Source: Flaccisagitta enflata (Eukaryota). Taken from it: DNA of 64,000 bases. The stretch lies in contig OZ231126.1 of the NCBI GenBank assembly GCA_965153355.1, positions 47,926,001 through 47,990,000 of the forward strand, written 5' to 3'. Of this stretch, positions 61,527 through 64,000 are shown one piece after another; position 1 is the first letter of the stretch; every line of letters begins with the position of its first letter. The notes under the pieces are model-generated. The model was not told where the DNA came from. It was given only the letters and a program-made list of their open reading frames with translations, and searched no databases. The translations under genes and the position numbers were made by a program.

Positions 61527-62199
61527 AAAAACTTTTTTTTCATATGAATAATTTGAAGATCTGGTATGTCATTCTCTAGGACAAGCACGCTATCTGGGAT
61601 TTGATCTTAAAGCAATGACTGTTTTTTGAATTCCTATATTAGACATTTATTTGCAAAAAAATGTCATCGGTGTATGAGAACAATTTTATGTAAACCAAGT
61701 ACTTAAAAATAAAGCATACATGCACAGGAATCTTTTTTTCTCAAGACAAATTTTCTTAATATTGCTTTTTGAATGGCTTGAGCTGTAGATGCCAGATTGG
61801 TCTCAAATGAAGGGTAACTCGATTTTCTTTTACAATCACTTATCTGTAGATCAAGCTATTTGGAAATGAGAGTAATTGAGAATAGAATGATTAAAACACG
61901 CTTGGCGCGATCGCGCAATAATTTTGTCAGATATATCTTTACTCTACTTCGAGTATTTTCTCTCACAGTATTGCTTTCCACTGCTGATTCTGAGCGGCAA
62001 TCACATCAATGAGCTCCTTCAACCCAGACATATGGAGGGGAAACGTTTTGTAATCAACACAGTGAGAAACATAAAGGGAATAGGAAATTGTTTTACTGAA
62101 AATTGAGTGATAAAAATTGCAAGGAGGTTCCGCAAAAAAATTCTTAATCCGCTTCCAGATGAACTTTTTTTGCATTTCCAAGAACACGGCTTCCTATGC

Positions 62200-62702
62200 A
62201 CTGTGCTTTTAAAATAATTCTGAGTGGAAAATCATATAACTGTGGGTTTTTCTGCAGTTTTGAGTATCATTGGGGTGTAAAAACATGTAGCTAGCAAAAA
62301 TAAAATCATTCACCGAGCACTTTTTAAGAAATCTTCAAAAAAGAAAAAAATGAAATCCTTTTTTAATGCATATTCTATGGAGTCGTATTGACTTATTTTT
62401 TGATTATATATAATTAATCCTTAAATTTTATTTTTTTATGAAACCACACAGTGCGACCTATCAAATGAAAGGAAATTTTGCAAGGATTAACAATATCTTA
62501 TCAAATAATGAGTCAGTGCAAATCCTCAGAATCTGTTTTGAAAATGAACCTAATTTTTTTCCATATTGCAGATTTCTCAAAAAGCGCTCGATAAAAGATT
62601 TTTTTTTTGCAAGTTATATGTTATTACACCCCAATACTACTCAAAACTGTAGAAAAACCCACAGTTATATGATTTTTCACTCAGAATTATTTTAAAAGCA
62701 CA
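62200..62702. repeat. Imperfect inverted repeat (MITE/foldback-like)
   Basis: TGCTTTTAAAATAATTCTGAGTGGAAAATCATATAACTGTGGG at ~62205 is mirrored at ~62660-62700. Confidence 0.7.
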
Positions 62703-63574
62703 GCGTATGTACATGTTTTTTGAAGAGGGCCATGTTTTTAGTTTTTTGAGTAAGTCATTTTCTATGCAAATTAAGAATTTTTTGTTAGGCTTGTCCAGTG
62801 AGAAAAGAGAATTTTCTTTAAAAAAGTTGTATTCTTATCCCCATATTGATATCTTTTACACTATTTAAGTCATCCCTATGAGGTTTCCATGCAAATGCTC
62901 CATGAATGTGCACCTGCCTATGTCGAGGTGCAAACGAAGATCAAAATTCATAAGTCAATCCAATTTTTTCAATATTGTAAATCTTACCAATTTAGATTTT
63001 TTTTATCAAAAAATATAATTATTATGTTGTATTAATTTTAGTTTTGCATGGAAAAGCTTTGGTAGAAAAAACAAGAGCCCTGAGAAAGCAAAAAGGGGGG
63101 AAAATATGAAGGAATTCTAAAAAGAAATGATTTTGCAACTTGACTTGTCTTAGGGAAAATTCTAAGACTCTCTCTGAATGTAAAATTTTGCATTTTCAAA
63201 AACATGGCCTCATTCTAAGAATATATAAGATGAGAGCCATGTTTTTAGAAATGCAAAATTGTTCAATTTGTAAAAGTCTTAGAATTTTCCCCTCACAGGT
63301 TTTGAATTTTTGCTCTATCATTTTGAAAGAATCTATCACTTTGAGTGATCATTTCTTGTCTTTATCAATAAAACAAAGCAATGCCTTTATCATAACAGAT
63401 TTTTGTTTTACTAATAAGATAATTCTAGATAACAAAAATATGAATTTTATTAAGAAATTATAATCGGGTCATTAATATAGTTATAGAAAGAGTCTGAAAC
63501 CAAAACTTGTCCTTCGTTTGCACCCCGACATATGTTCTGGGAAGCTCAGTGAAAGTGTCTGATCGAATTATCTG

Positions 63575-64000
63575 CATATCGGTAAACAAGGGCCGGAACA
63601 TGATCGCCTTACTTTTGATGCTTGTGCAATTATTTCGGTCCGCCAGGACGCGCGAATATTTTTTTATTTTTTTTTCTCAAGTAAATAATTGCTCCAGAAT
63701 TCTCCTGTTAAGACTCCCGCATTCTACAGCAAACAAACTTTACTTATACACCATCGCATTTGGCTCAATCGGCATTTAGAAGAAGAAAGTCGCATCGAAG
63801 GGACATTGACTCTCTGGCCAACCATGGATTGACGGAACCGAAAACTAATTTGACTGTTTCTGCAGCTTTTAACTGTAATCTTGGCCCGCGTAAGTCATCG
63901 GAAATCATCACCACCAGTTACGTTGCTACGTCGACGCTTGAATGAAAGTATCTTGTCAAAACCGCGATTACGTACAAAAGGGAAAACATGATAAGAAACT
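63575..64000. repeat. Right arm of the inverted duplication, open at the window edge
   Basis: Reverse complement of 57467-57892. Confidence 0.92.

Overview
Eukaryotic (invertebrate animal) genomic DNA, rich in microsatellites and transposons; most short ORFs in the track are repeat artefacts. Manual, splice-phase-consistent modelling gives these genes: (1) a minus-strand low-complexity gene running off the left edge; (2) a small single-pass membrane protein gene (4444-7539); (3) two tandem 9-exon secreted astacin metalloprotease paralogs with an EGF-like module and two ShKT domains (8457-17326 and 29640-34483); (4) a probably decayed gene between them; (5) a plus-strand gene whose key exons the ORF track misses (52982-60749), encoding a 292-aa prohormone-like precursor that ends in a 10-Cys prokineticin/Bv8-type domain. 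The most striking element is a 15.6-kb LTR retrotransposon (35194-50815). It has apparently identical 679-bp LTRs, a GAAA target-site duplication, a tRNA-Leu-type PBS and a PPT. Its only long ORF (2322 aa, stop-free) looks like a catalytically dead Ty3/gypsy Gag-Pol inflated by in-frame 6-, 24- and 15-bp tandem repeats, while the integrase region right after it has decayed. Also present: many HINE/DINE-like elements, TA- and 9-bp-TSD MITEs, a 3.7-kb intronic foldback, and an inverted duplication bracketing the prokineticin-domain exons. All protein similarities were judged by eye, without database searches.
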